This document shows, in pieces, positions 1 to 11,954 of a DNA stretch of 64,000 bases. Below the pieces are notes generated by a model. That model saw only the letters and a program-made list of their open reading frames with translations, did no database searches and had not been told where the DNA came from. The DNA comes from Patellaria atrata CBS 101060. Its lineage: Eukaryota. Where the stretch lies: positions 124,001 to 188,000 of the forward strand of contig MU006100.1 in NCBI GenBank assembly GCA_010093705.1. Reading direction: 5' to 3'. Position 1 is the first letter of the stretch. Every line of letters starts with the position of its first letter. Made by a program: the position numbers and the translations under genes.

Positions 1-27
1 ACCATTACGTACCCGGCCCATCAATAA

Positions 28-33
28 TATAAA
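28..33 (+). promoter_or_regulatory. Putative TATA box of the cell-wall protein gene
   Basis: TATAAA followed by a CT-rich stretch and a CA-rich leader, ~200 bp upstream of the ATG at 229. Confidence 0.55.
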
Positions 34-152
34 GAACCCTCTCTCTCAGCTTTGCACCTTCTCAATCATTCTCCATCAACAACAAAATACTACAAGCGTC
101 AACACCAGACCTCTCGCTTCTATTTCCAGATTCCATACCCTCTTTCATCAAG

Positions 153-209
153 GTAAGCTTTGTTGCTTCAGTAGAACCGTCAATACAATCATCTAACAGT
201 TGTCGTCAG
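153..209 (+). other. 5'-UTR intron
   Basis: AG|GTAAGC donor at 153, CTAAC branch at 193-197, CAG acceptor ending at 209; 57 nt; upstream of ATG 229. Confidence 0.7.
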
Positions 210-228
210 AACAACACATTCTCTCAAC

Positions 229-768
229 ATGCGTACCTCAGCAGTCATCGCCTCCGGTTTCGCCGCTGCAGCTTATGCTCAAACTTTTCCAAACCCATCC
301 GATTTTCTACCAACCGTAGCAATCTCGGACATCATTCCAGGCGATATCTCAACCGCTGTCACCGGCCTCCTCCCAACCGCTTTTCCCAGCGACGTCATCC
401 CAAGCGATGTCAGCAACGTCTTGACAAACTTCCCAACTGCCGTTCCATCTGATGTCGCCACATTCATCTCTGGTGTCCAGTCAGACGCCAGCGATATTCT
501 CGCCTCGGGTTCTGCGGCCCTCTCTGACGCTCTGGAATCCTTTTCTAATATCGCAACTAACTCCGAGGCCGCGAACTCCTTCATCGCATCTGTCAGCCGT
601 GACATTGCTTCGCAATCCGCGGCCCTTGGTTCCGAAGTTAGCAGCCGCTTAAACACTGCTACGGAGTCTCTTGCCACGGAGACCCCTACCGATGCTGCCT
701 CCCCCATGGCTATCCCAGCTATCGGAGGGATCTTGGGTGCCGTCCTCGCTGTTGTTGGTATGATGTAA
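229..768 (+). CDS. Secreted Ser/Thr/Ala-rich, probably GPI-anchored cell-wall protein (179 aa)
   Basis: Hydrophobic signal peptide ending AYA; S/T/A-rich body with PTA(F/V)PSDV repeats; C-terminal small-residue site (DAA) followed by a hydrophobic tail AIGGILGAVLAVVGMM. Confidence 0.85.
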   Translation: MRTSAVIASGFAAAAYAQTFPNPSDFLPTVAISDIIPGDISTAVTGLLPTAFPSDVIPSDVSNVLTNFPTAVPSDVATFISGVQSDASDILASGSAALSDALESFSNIATNSEAANSFIASVSRDIASQSAALGSEVSSRLNTATESLATETPTDAASPMAIPAIGGILGAVLAVVGMM

Positions 769-1060
769 GCTATTAGCAGTATATGTTTGGAATTCGGTGG
801 GAGTTACTCTTGAGGTTACTGTGTAATATCACACCTGGAATTGGAAGGCAGGTTGCATTGGGTCCGGAAAAATTGCATTTCACTCTTTGAGATGAGTGAT
901 ATCTACTCAAAGGAAATAATATCCAATCCTTGATGCCAAAATCTATTGACGTACGCTTTGAATGCTCTATTCTACTTGAGTCTATCGTAACTGCTCTTCT
1001 ACCCTTGCTTTGATCTTCATGCTCTTCACGTTCTATGACCTTAACAGTTACTCATGACTT

Positions 1061-1985
1061 TCACGTAACGCTTTTAAAGAACTGTGGGAATATCTCTCGT
1101 AGTTCTTCTAAGTGCCGAATCTGATATTCTCCGACCTTTTCTGCTGGTTCTGGTTCCGTAGATTCTATCAGATGTACTGCATGCCATCCTAGAGCATGAG
1201 CTCCCTTCACATTCGTTCCGGAGTCGTCTATAGTATGATTAGCCTAACTTGGAATCACCTGATAACTAACCGTGTCGACTTGCCTACAAAGAAGCATTTC
1301 TCAGCATCAGTGACTCCCGCCTCCGCCATAGCTTTGTCATACATATCTTTGCTAGGCTTGCAAATAAATTTCTCCGCGCCATAGTCACAATAAGTCAATC
1401 CTTCGAATTGATCTTCTATCCCTAGAAGGCTCACTACTCGTTTTCCATGCGTGACATAAGCATTGGTCAAGAGCCATAAACGCACTTTGCTTCTATCAAC
1501 ATCTTGAAGCAGCTTTCGGAGTTCGGGGTTGGATTTAATGATGTCCTCCAAAGGGAGCGCATCATCTACTTTACGGTTATATTCGAGAGGATCTACTTTA
1601 TGATGCCGTACCAGTCCCTCTATCGCTAGGCCATACTCTTTGTAGTATTTCATATGTAGCGCATTGGCATCTTGTTGAGATAATGATAAATGCTCTTGGA
1701 AATATTTGTCTATTCGACAGACCCAGATTAGGCCTGTACCACTCTAAATCTACTATCATGGAACATACCGATGAGATCTGACATTAGATGTAACACCTTT
1801 GTGCCTGTAATGTCAGTCAGCTTCCCGATTCCATAAGATCGCCTATAGCGGATGCGTACTTTTTGGATAGAGCTACAATATAAGGTATCAGTAACCTCCA
1901 TTCCTACCACAGACTACGTGATACGTACACAATTGTCAATATCGAAGAAGAATACGGGCTTGGAGGGGCTATCAGGGTCGGTCAT
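1061..1985 (-). CDS. SDT1: Pyrimidine 5'-nucleotidase (HAD superfamily, SDT1/PHM8 family); exons 1985-1929, 1872-1860, 1804-1768, 1709-1284, 1227-1061
   Basis: The spliced product has HAD motif I FFFDIDNCLYP, YYKEYGLAIEGL, LTNAY, CKP and FVDDS motifs. All junctions keep frame. The last intron has a GC donor. Confidence 0.9.
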
Positions 1986-2414
1986 GATGTCAGTTACAAA
2001 GCAATCTTTTAATCCTCTATTCGTGGAGGAGAGGAAACATAAATTGATTTGATTCGATTAGCCTGTTCAGACGAATGTATTAGAATTGTATGGACGAGGA
2101 GATTACAGTTTACTCATCAAGGTATTATTATTGGACTCGAGATGTTGACCCGTTCGGTCGAGAAAATCCTTGGCGCTCGAAGTTGACATTTCTAGCGTGC
2201 CGTGTGCGCTTTTGCTCATTTCCGCTCTTCATCCCAAACTCTCTGCACAGTGGAGACGTTGAAAATTTCTCGCCAAACAATGCATTCTCCATACGCTCAT
2301 CGAGCATAATGTTCGCTGTTGTCTACTCGTTTCTTTCTTCGCTTTTAAAGGTGTGACAGTTACTGTGCAAGTCCACAACAAACTTGTAGATCACCTCCTG
2401 CAAAAGGAGACACC

Positions 2415-5078
2415 ATGGATCGTTCTCAAGCGCCCGTGTATATCAACGGAAACGTTGACACGGATCTAGAAGCGCGTCGTCAAGAAGAATTTCTTGACAA
2501 ACTTTTCAAAACCCAAGACCAAGTCTTTGCGGGCAAACACCTGCGCTTCAAACTTCCGGTTCCTGTTTTACAGCAGGTTGCACCGCGCTCATATCAACAT
2601 ACTAATGGAATCAATGGCACAGCAACTACAGCACTCCCTTCTGCCACCCAGGCTCCCTCGCCGCACCCACCAAACCCTGCTTATATTCCACAGCTCCCAG
2701 TTAGCTCCCAATCGACACCGACAAGCATTCCACCACGCTCATCAGGCGTAAGCATAGACCCAGTGCTTCTCACCAAGTCTGACCACCTTATTAAAGCGGA
2801 AATACAATTGAAACGACAGAGGATAGAGGCGATATTGAAGGAGCAAGTGGATCAGAAACGACCGCATCCACGCGATAAGGACATTGGTCCAGAACTTGAT
2901 TCTCGTTTTGACCTTGAAGAAATTTTTACAAAAGCATTGGATCTTGTGAAACCCAGTTCAGGGCTGAAATCGAATGCTAATCGCAATAGTCCAGCGAGTG
3001 ACTCGTTTGACGAGAATAGCTATTACTCGAGTCGAGCGGATAGCTGGACCCCAGAGGAGGCTGGCGGTTCTGCACAGAAACCTGATGGAGATACCATGGA
3101 AGGGGTTATTCCCCATAATGGTTGCGTTCAAACGCCTGAGGATACTCAAACAATGATCAAGGCCAGTGCACCATTATTGTCCTCCCTTCATGCTGAAAAG
3201 CTACCCCCAGAGCAGCAATCTAGGCTTGATAATCTTGAGGGCAAGCCCTACCCCAGTCTTCAGGAACCCGAAGATACCGTCGGTGAGGATGATGACCTGA
3301 ACTTTTACTCCAACGCGCCAGATGACACATTAGAGGAAGGAGAAGAATTAGAAGAGGAGTCCGACTATTCCCCTCCTCCGCCAGAGACAATACCAACAAT
3401 TCCACCCACCGAAGATCCGAGATTGGTTGGAGGACCTTTTCCGCAAAGATTTGACGATAGGAATGGCCAATCATCGACAAATTCTGCTGAATCACAGGCA
3501 CAACGTGACGAATTGGTAGCTACCCCGAATGTTCCTGTCATTAGAAATCACATTCAGTCACCGATTGCTCCGCAACCTGCACGAGTATCGCCTCTAACAT
3601 TTTCAAAGCTACCTAGAATTGATCAATCACGCACCAGCAGACAAGGGGGTTTGCGTAGCGGGCCCTCATCACCAAGACAGCACCAAAAGCAATCAGGCCC
3701 TGGTCGTGGAAGTGGGAATACCCCTAGAGGTTCTGATCGACAGAGCCCTGTCAACCCGGGACGGCCTGTCAATAATCCGCGTAAGCGTAGACGTGAGGAT
3801 AATAATTCACGCAAGGCATCTGGAAAACGGGTCGCCCGTTCCCCAGAAGTTGCTACTGAGCCTATTGCAGAACCTGAGATCAAAGAAGAGCCAGTCTCAC
3901 CAGCACCATTTACAAGTGTACCAGAAGCCACTCAAGCCAGACGTAGAGCACAACCCCAAACCGTTGACGATGTGGAGATAATCTCTCCCCGAGAGATACG
4001 GAGACCCGTGTACTATCGAGAATATGATGAGCCTCCACCACCTCCACCTGGATATAGGTATGCTTATGAGTCGCAACCATCTCCAACGGTTGTGCGAGAG
4101 CCATCCCGCACAGCTTACCATCGGGTGGAAAGAGAAGACCCTGATTTACGCCGAGTGGCTAGCCTGCAATATGCAAGACGACCATATTCGCCAGTAGCTT
4201 ATGCTCCGCCTGACCCTCCACCTCAACGTTCAGCTTCGTACGCTCTCATTGACCGTCCAACCAACCAGGCACCTATCTACCGTGAGGCTTCCGTTCGACC
4301 ATTACCAGCTAGACCAGTACGTCACGAGCGTTCACTGTCCCCTGGTGACCACTATGTCCGAAGAGTCCAAAGTCCTTTGGCAATGGCACCGCCACCACCG
4401 CCTCCGCCTCCGCCTCCGCCTCGACAGGTCATCGTTGATGAGTACGGCAATCGTTACTATGCTGCGCCTGCACCTCCTGAAATCAGAGCATCAGTAGCCC
4501 CATCTACGAGAAGACCCGAAATCGATCCCTATCTGGAGCGTGCGCAGACACGAGAGCAAATGCTACGCCCTGCTTACCGAGTCTTGGACCAGCAAGAAGA
4601 CGAGCAGCCAGTTTACCGTATGCATCCACCACCTCCAAGACGGTATATAGAGGAACCTGCGGTTGAAATCGTCGATACGTCCCCGAGACGCCATCGGGAG
4701 TATTCTATGCGCCCTGTCGAAGCTGCTCCGCCTGTTGAGAGACGTCCAATGGTCCAATATGAAGAGATGCCACCCCCACGAGAGTACGTGCAGAGAGCCT
4801 ACAGCGTTCGTCCCGAAGTTGTAAGACGAGAACCCGGAGCTGGATACGTCGTGCGACATGAGAGTGTCCAACCTGGCCGCGAATACGTTCGACGTCCTGA
4901 AATGCCTCCATCAGGCTATCGTGAAGTCAGTGTTGCCCGAGCTGAATACGTGCCTGTGCCTGAGTCAAGGTACAGCTATGCGCCGCAACCGCCAGCAAGA
5001 CGGTATCTTGATGAGCCGGTGGAGTTTGTACACGAGCCTTATAGGGTGGAGGATAGGAGGGTCAGTAGTAGGTATTAG
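2415..5078 (+). CDS. Hypothetical Pro/Arg-rich, largely disordered protein (887 aa)
   Basis: Long uninterrupted ORF; short ordered N-terminal blocks (IDPVLLTKSDHLIKAEIQLKRQRIE, SFDENSYYSS), a basic NLS-like PRKRRR and a poly-Pro tract. No catalytic domain recognised. Confidence 0.85.
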   Translation: MDRSQAPVYINGNVDTDLEARRQEEFLDKLFKTQDQVFAGKHLRFKLPVPVLQQVAPRSYQHTNGINGTATTALPSATQAPSPHPPNPAYIPQLPVSSQSTPTSIPPRSSGVSIDPVLLTKSDHLIKAEIQLKRQRIEAILKEQVDQKRPHPRDKDIGPELDSRFDLEEIFTKALDLVKPSSGLKSNANRNSPASDSFDENSYYSSRADSWTPEEAGGSAQKPDGDTMEGVIPHNGCVQTPEDTQTMIKASAPLLSSLHAEKLPPEQQSRLDNLEGKPYPSLQEPEDTVGEDDDLNFYSNAPDDTLEEGEELEEESDYSPPPPETIPTIPPTEDPRLVGGPFPQRFDDRNGQSSTNSAESQAQRDELVATPNVPVIRNHIQSPIAPQPARVSPLTFSKLPRIDQSRTSRQGGLRSGPSSPRQHQKQSGPGRGSGNTPRGSDRQSPVNPGRPVNNPRKRRREDNNSRKASGKRVARSPEVATEPIAEPEIKEEPVSPAPFTSVPEATQARRRAQPQTVDDVEIISPREIRRPVYYREYDEPPPPPPGYRYAYESQPSPTVVREPSRTAYHRVEREDPDLRRVASLQYARRPYSPVAYAPPDPPPQRSASYALIDRPTNQAPIYREASVRPLPARPVRHERSLSPGDHYVRRVQSPLAMAPPPPPPPPPPPRQVIVDEYGNRYYAAPAPPEIRASVAPSTRRPEIDPYLERAQTREQMLRPAYRVLDQQEDEQPVYRMHPPPPRRYIEEPAVEIVDTSPRRHREYSMRPVEAAPPVERRPMVQYEEMPPPREYVQRAYSVRPEVVRREPGAGYVVRHESVQPGREYVRRPEMPPSGYREVSVARAEYVPVPESRYSYAPQPPARRYLDEPVEFVHEPYRVEDRRVSSRY

Positions 5079-6617
5079 TATAATATTTTTGGTTTTTTGT
5101 ATATCATTGGACTGGGCGGTTGGATCTCTAATTTCAGGCATCAGAGATTTTGATGCGGCGTGTGTACTTGGAAATTGTATGATCACACTAATATGTATCT
5201 GTACTATATCATACATGCCGAAGGAGCATCCAGAGCTCAGATAGGTAGAGGTCAAGGAAAGTCAAAGTATCCCCTGTGCATCGATCTACAAAGTTCTAGA
5301 ACTTCTCCTTATGAGTGAAGATGGGAATTTAATACGGTTAGCTCCGGGTATTATGCAGACTGTTATTTTGGAGTTAGGCCATCCAATACCTTGTTTGACG
5401 TTTTTTGTTTCGTACGCCTTGAAACAGGGAAACCTGAAATCGAGTCCACGCGGCCTCGGATTTCTTCATAGAATATACGAGATAAGGACACCCAGCGGGA
5501 GGCTGCGGAAAAGGGTGGTGAGGTGGGGAGGAGTAACTACTGGCTGTTTGGACGGTCGCACTGGTAGAATATTATCACTTCAGACTCGAGTTTATTAGGA
5601 GGATGGAACGAAGATGTGAGGTAGGTCGAAGAACGGATAGCCTTACACTGGTACGGCCACAGTAGTTCCACGGATCAAAAAGTAGGAAGAAGTAAGTCTG
5701 GGGTTATTCAAAACCGGATCATACTTGAACAGTCCTTGCTGATAATTCCTTAGGTTGACTAAGGTACCCACAGCTTACCTATGTAGACTATATCCCCTCT
5801 ATATGAGTGTTATAATCTGAGAGTTTGCCCGTGTATATACAACCAAATTGTATAGCAATTGATAAGTGCAAACAGTGACGCAGGAGACAAAAGTAAAAGG
5901 ATTGAAATATGTTGGGGTAAATTTTCCGATATGTGCATCCAATGGAGCAATTGTTGAAGTTGCTGTTCCACCACGATTCTTCCTTTTTAAGTCTAGAACT
6001 GGATCTTTGGTCGAGGATGTTGTCATGATGCGATGATACAAGTCTAGCTTTGATTTATTACTTTCTGGACGACGGGATTAGGTTCCCATACTGAAAGATT
6101 GGTAGATCAGTCAGATGATTTGAAAGTTGGGGACACAAGAATTTGATTCTGAGGTGGAGACTTGAGATCTCGTTCTGACCTTCCTCATTGGTCCAGACAC
6201 ATCTTCGAAAAGTTCGAAAAGTTCCTCACACGCACTTGCACTTTACGGTTTCTTCCATTGCACTTTCCTCCCAAATCCTCAGTCTGTAACAGGCAATTCG
6301 AAGCCAACACAACAACAGTCTTGCTTTCATTTCTATTCTTCCCTTCGTTCGTTTCTAAAGTCACCGGGAAATTTTCTTCAAGGAGGATAGAGTCTTTAAT
6401 AATAGAGAAGTCGAGGTAATCTCGTATTCTGGACATTGAAGGTCGGTTCCTTGTCGGAGTTTGTGCTCCAAAAGCTGTGGTCATCATTCCCACAAGCGAG
6501 CCCTTCTGCGTTGAACTTGGCTTCTCTCAGCCGCCAAACCTCGACTTTCCTTCCACCTCACGTCCTTCCTTACATTCTCAAACCTCGCCCCGTCTCCCAG
6601 GGCCATTCTTTTCGATA

Positions 6618-9600
6618 ATGCATAGAATTTCAAACTTCACCGGCTCTGCCCGGCATGGATGGGAGAAGATGACGCCCTCGATGGGCTTTGGCATGTCGCG
6701 GTCACACAATGAGATTCCCATCACTCCGCCCATCAAACGTCCCATGGGCTCCACTGCTACTTCTCCCGCCTTGCAACCAGGCACCAACGTGCACCTTTCA
6801 TTTAATGTTCCTTTCTCTTCCAACCTTGCCGGTCCTGAGCCTTCGGATGTCATCTACGCCAGTCCTGGAGCCTTTGCCCGCTGGACACATCCGGAAGGAA
6901 CCGAGGAAGGCACACCTCCCCACAAGCTCCCAGTTCACAGTCAGAACGTAGATAATTTGAGGGCGCTGTGCAAACAGCTGCAAGAAAGCAATGGACCAAA
7001 CTTTGGTTCCACCGTTGTCTGCTCGGAGCCTAAACCAATCCCAGGTCTACAACGTGGTCCTTTGAAGGCATTGGTTACAAATGTCTGTCTGTCTGGAGAA
7101 ACTGAGCAAGTTCATAGGATGAGGGGTAGAATTTTCAATGAGAGCCCTATATCACTGGTACACACTCCCCGTCTGAGCATTTTATCGTATCATCGGCTAA
7201 TCCCGGAAAATCATAGAGATGTGCTACGGTTGATATCGACTACGGTTTGATCATTGATCCCCCGTCCAAAGGAGTCAAACAAACTGTCCTCACACATCTC
7301 GATGATATTGCGGCATTGACCAAGGCGGATATTTTTCTATTACAACCAAAGCAAATTGATGAGACGGCAAGCTTCAATGGAAATCCAGAAACCAGTCTCG
7401 ATCAGAGATTGCGGTGCACTATCTATGGAGATATGGAAAATTCTGAGCACGCAAAGACTCGAGTTCTCATAATGATTGATCAAATTGTGCGTATGGAGCG
7501 TTTTATCCACCTCCCAACCTTTGAATGTTAATTGTATATCTGCAGCTCCAACGTCACGTGGATATGATGAAGGTCGAGTTATCAATGCATACTCTCATCT
7601 GTGGTCGGCAACGGAGAAACATCAAGCTTATCGAGTCGCATACTAACACGGCCATATATTTTCCTCCTCCGTTTCCTCAATTGTTCGGCTACACGCCCAA
7701 GGGTGCCAGTCGCCGAGCCGAAGATCAGATCATAATCACTGGAGAGCGACCGGAGAATATTGTCAAGGCAAAGTCGAAGCTACATGACCTCGCTGTGAAT
7801 ATGCGCCCATTCGTAAAAGAGGTGATTGTCACACCAAGTAAAGTCGATAACATTATCTTGGAGAGACTCGACAAAGTTCGTAAGATCATTGAGAACAATG
7901 GTTCATATGTTCTCCTACCTCCTCTTGGGTTTCAAAGGGGTCCTATTCGCGTTCAAGGTACGGATGTGCTGAACGTGGAACGCACCGTGCGGGAGGTCAT
8001 GGCTCTCGTAAGACACACCCTGACCCTTAATACTTTTCCGTACTAACCTGTTCAAGGCCGGTCAATTCTACAGCGCCTCTTGGTGGATCACCCATCCAGA
8101 TCCTTCCCAACGTCCTCCAACACACAACGATATCAAGGCTATGCTTTCGGATATCTGCATCAATTCTGGCGCAGAGATCAGCTTTGAAAAGTTGAACTTC
8201 CATATCTATGGTTCAGATGACGCAGTAAAAGCAGCTATGATGGTCATCAATAATATCCCATTCGTCAAGAAGTCGAAGTATACCATGGCCGTGAAGCTAG
8301 AACTCGCTAATGAGCACAAAGAATTTGTCAGTGGCAAGAAGAACGGTAAGATCAACAAAATCATGAGCCACAGTAACGTGCAGATCGTTTTCGATGGTTT
8401 CAATGAATACAACTTCTATATCGACGTCCGTGGCGCTCAGTACGATGCCACTAAGAGTGGGTTGGAGCTCGTCGAACTAGAAATGCCCGCCTCGATCTCT
8501 TTCCATGTGCCTGATCAATATCATAAGCGCATCATTGGCATTGGTGGACAACACATCCAACGAATCATGAAGAAATATTCTGTATTCGTCAAGTTTTCCA
8601 ATGCCATGGACCGTGGAGGTATCGGTAAAGAGGAAGACGACATCAAAGTCGACAACGTCATTTGCCGTACACCAGCTCGGAATGCGCATAACTTAGACCT
8701 GGTTAAGCAAGAGATTATGGATATGGTCGAGAAAGTCGATGCCGACTTCGTTTCTGAGAAGGTTCAAGTCAACCGACTCTACCATCGAGAGCTCATTTCT
8801 CGGATGGCCGAGATTGAAGAGCTCTCCAAGAAATGGAATTGCCAGATTACCTTCCCAAGTACTGAACAAGCTAGTGATCTTATTACAGTATCTGGCCCAG
8901 AGTTTCAAGTTCCTCGAGCTATTGATGAGTTCTTGGTAAGATAACCTTCAAGCATTACGGTCACCATATGAATTCAGACACTAACTTGGATATAGGGTAT
9001 GGTTCCGGAGGAACATGAGGTAACTTTTCCAGCTCCACCAAAGTTGAAGCAATTTCTTGAATCTTCCGAATTCCAAACCGAAGTCATCGAAAAGCTCAAA
9101 ACTCAGTACGAAACTAAAGTGACCGTTGCTCCAGTTCCGAACCACGACAACCCAGATGTAGACATGTTCTCGTTGAAGCTGAGTTACACTCGTAACAATG
9201 CTGGAGCATTGAAAGACGCGATTGACTTTCTACTTGCTCGGCTTGTACCTCACGATCTTGATGTTACTACTGTAAAGGGTGCTATTCCTCGCCCAAAATC
9301 TGACTCTTTCGAGGAGTCTATTCCATTCTTCGAGTCTCGCTTACTCACTCGAGCCGAACCTCCTATGGACACCGACTCCCCTACTCGTTCTCACTTCGGT
9401 GATGAGACAGCGGAGCGTTCTAGTCTCTTTGATAAGCTGCGCAAACCTGGCAGCATGTCCTCTATTACTTCATTTCTCAACGGCCGCCGTACCGGAAATG
9501 GCTCTCCAGCCTCCGCTTCGATGTTCAAGCATGCTTCAAGCAATGCTTCAAAGGCTTCATTAGTCAGTCTGGAGTCCCAAGGTAGTTACCGCAACCCTTG

Positions 9601-9847
9601 GAACGACAGCGGCATTAATCTACCAGACGAAGAACATCACACACCCACAAGCAATGGTTGGCCGGCTCCAGCGGCTGCCGCCCGTTTCGATACGAAATTT
9701 TCCAATTCCAGTTCCCACGGTTTCTTTACCAGTGCTCCTGGGGATGTGACCCCGAGGTACGACCCGAGGGCGTCGGTCGACTCCGGTCGTCCCAGCACCT
9801 CGCATTCTCTTTCAGGATACCCGGCCCCTATTGGGCCTCCTCGTTGA
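6618..9847 (+). CDS. Multi-KH-domain RNA-binding protein (Mug60/YLL032C-like); exons 6618-7157, 7217-7486, 7546-8007, 8057-8935, 8996-9847
   Basis: KH GxxG-type motifs (LICGRQRRNI, FVSGKKNGKI, RIIGIGGQHI). Four GT-AG introns join the ORF-track fragments in frame. Confidence 0.88.
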
Positions 9848-10621
9848 ATGTTAACCTTTTCCTTTTTCTACTGAATGAAGACAAAATACCCATTTGCTTG
9901 AGTGTCACCAATGGCGAATATTCAAAAACTAGTCTGGTTTTTTCATGCTGTCTATGTGTGTGTGGGGTAGGGTAAACGAATGATATCCTCGATTGCTTTG
10001 GCGTTCATTTTCCTGGTTTTCCTGTCAGATTTTGCGGTTCCTCCTTTTTTTTTCTTTTACGGCGTGAAGAGAAATATACCAATGCTTTTGTCTGATTTTC
10101 TGAGGGGAGTGGTTTTCTTTGGCTTTTATGATGCTGGGTGGGATGAATGGGTGGTCCTAGTCTATTTCGGTTCATGTGAGAGCGTCGGCTATAGAGTTTG
10201 ATGCTAGCACAATATATTTGAAAATGCATATGAAGATTTCGGCTCCGTTCCTATTTATAAACATCTGTGAATCTTGGTATCCTCTTCTTGATTTGTGTTC
10301 CTTACTTACCTTTCTTGGTGTCTCGACGACAAACTCTCTCTCTCTTTCTCTTTTAAATTCTAGACAGATATTTAAAAAGACGGGTTGGGATGACTGATAT
10401 GATGGTATGGTATGTTGATAGTTATGAATATAATAAATATTTTTGAAGAATGCGAATGTCGTAACTCCCATCGCTCGTTTATTTCCCTTTTTATATACTC
10501 TTGAATATTGATTATGTTGTCTGGACTTATATCATTACAGTAATATATGGGGAGGAGTATTTTGATAGGGGAAGAGATACAATCCGCGATGGGAAGATTC
10601 CGGCGCAGTACTTTACGATAA

Positions 10622-10643
10622 GATATATATATATATATATATA
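10622..10643. repeat. (AT)n microsatellite
   Basis: About 10 consecutive AT units. Confidence 0.9.
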
Positions 10644-11108
10644 GCATCTCCGTAACTCGTGCCTTAAAAGCCAACGTACACCGATATCGTATCCCCCACA
10701 CCAAACAACAGCAATACCACCAGCGGACACGGTACAGTCCAGTCCAGTACAACCCTCCGCACACCCTACAGCCTTTATTCCCTTTGATGCCTTACCATGT
10801 CCAGCCCACACCCCCCGATTCTGGGTATCACATCCACCTTATATCCGTATTCATGGTATCTGATACCTCCACTTCATCCATTCGACCGACTCTCCCGTCT
10901 GGAAGGCATACCGATATCACACCCTCCGCTCCGCAGCTCACTGGGTATCGTACTGGTATCGTACTCCCAAGGCTCCGATGGCAGTATGTTCGGGAGTACG
11001 AACTAGATAGATAGATATCCGAGAATAAGGAGGGTTTGGGAGGTGGTGGTCAGGGGTTGCTGTACTTTTCGTGTATTTAGTGTATTTAGTGTAGGGCAGG
11101 GTAGACCA

Positions 11109-11208
11109 NNNNNNNNNNNNNNNNNNNNNNNNNNNNNNNNNNNNNNNNNNNNNNNNNNNNNNNNNNNNNNNNNNNNNNNNNNNNNNNNNNNNNNNNNNNN
11201 NNNNNNNN
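11109..11208. other. Assembly gap (100 N)
   Basis: Run of N between the convergent 3' regions of the KH gene and areB. Confidence 1.
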
Positions 11209-11459
11209 AGATTGGCCCGGTAACTCGCTCTGTTAATTGTGAGTGTGTCCTGGGTTCTGGGTTCTCGGTGGGGTTTTTTATTGAATGGGAGAGGTGGAGA
11301 TGGGAGAGAAGTGAAGATGGGGGCTTTTCTGTTTGGGAGGGAAGATGATGTATGTACGTATGTAGTCTCACATCTTCAGTTATCAACGTAACAGAGCCTT
11401 CATAACAACTCTCATTCCATTCAAACTGAACACATCAAGGCTCCCAAACCGGGACATCT

Positions 11460-11568
11460 CATCCACATCCACATCCACATCCACACCCACACCCATCCTT
11501 CCCGCAACGCAAAAGGATTAAAGTCCCCCCTCACTCACGCTCATAGATCCATAGATCCATAGATCCAA
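11460..11568. repeat. Simple repeats (ATCCAC)n and (ATAGATCC)3
   Basis: Directly visible tandem hexamer and octamer repeats downstream of areB. Confidence 0.85.
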
Positions 11569-11954
11569 AACATAACAGCATACGCATCGCACCGCCCGTG
11601 ACAGCGCCCGCCCATCCATACCATCCAACTCCGGTATTAGAGTACATGATAAAAAACCACCTTGGCGGTTCGAAAAAAAGACATTAAACTTTTTTCTGCG
11701 CGAGGCGCAAGTTTCGGGACATGAGTGAGTATTAAAAGGAGAAATTAAGGAAAATTTGAAGAGAATGACTGAGGAAAAGGAGAGTTTCCACACGGGTGAC
11801 ATGATCTTTCTTGGGAGGCGCGTGGAAGAGACCAGTTTCCCTTGGGAAGTGTATTTCAACTTCTGCAGTATGGTCATAACTGGAATGTCCCCCATAACAG
11901 GAGTCGTAGGCGGGTTAGTGACAAGATAGAAAGTGAGATATTTCTGATGGAAGA

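Noticed and set aside
279..707. Antisense 142-aa ORF over the cell-wall gene (and similar antisense ORFs over other genes)
   Set aside because: Mirror of biased codon usage on the coding strand; no independent coding signal.
6477..6617. GTG-started extension of the KH protein
   Set aside because: Pyrimidine-rich, UTR-like sequence preceding an ATG in good context at 6618; nothing independent supports it.
11003..11386. ORFs spanning the N run
   Set aside because: Artefacts of translating an assembly gap.
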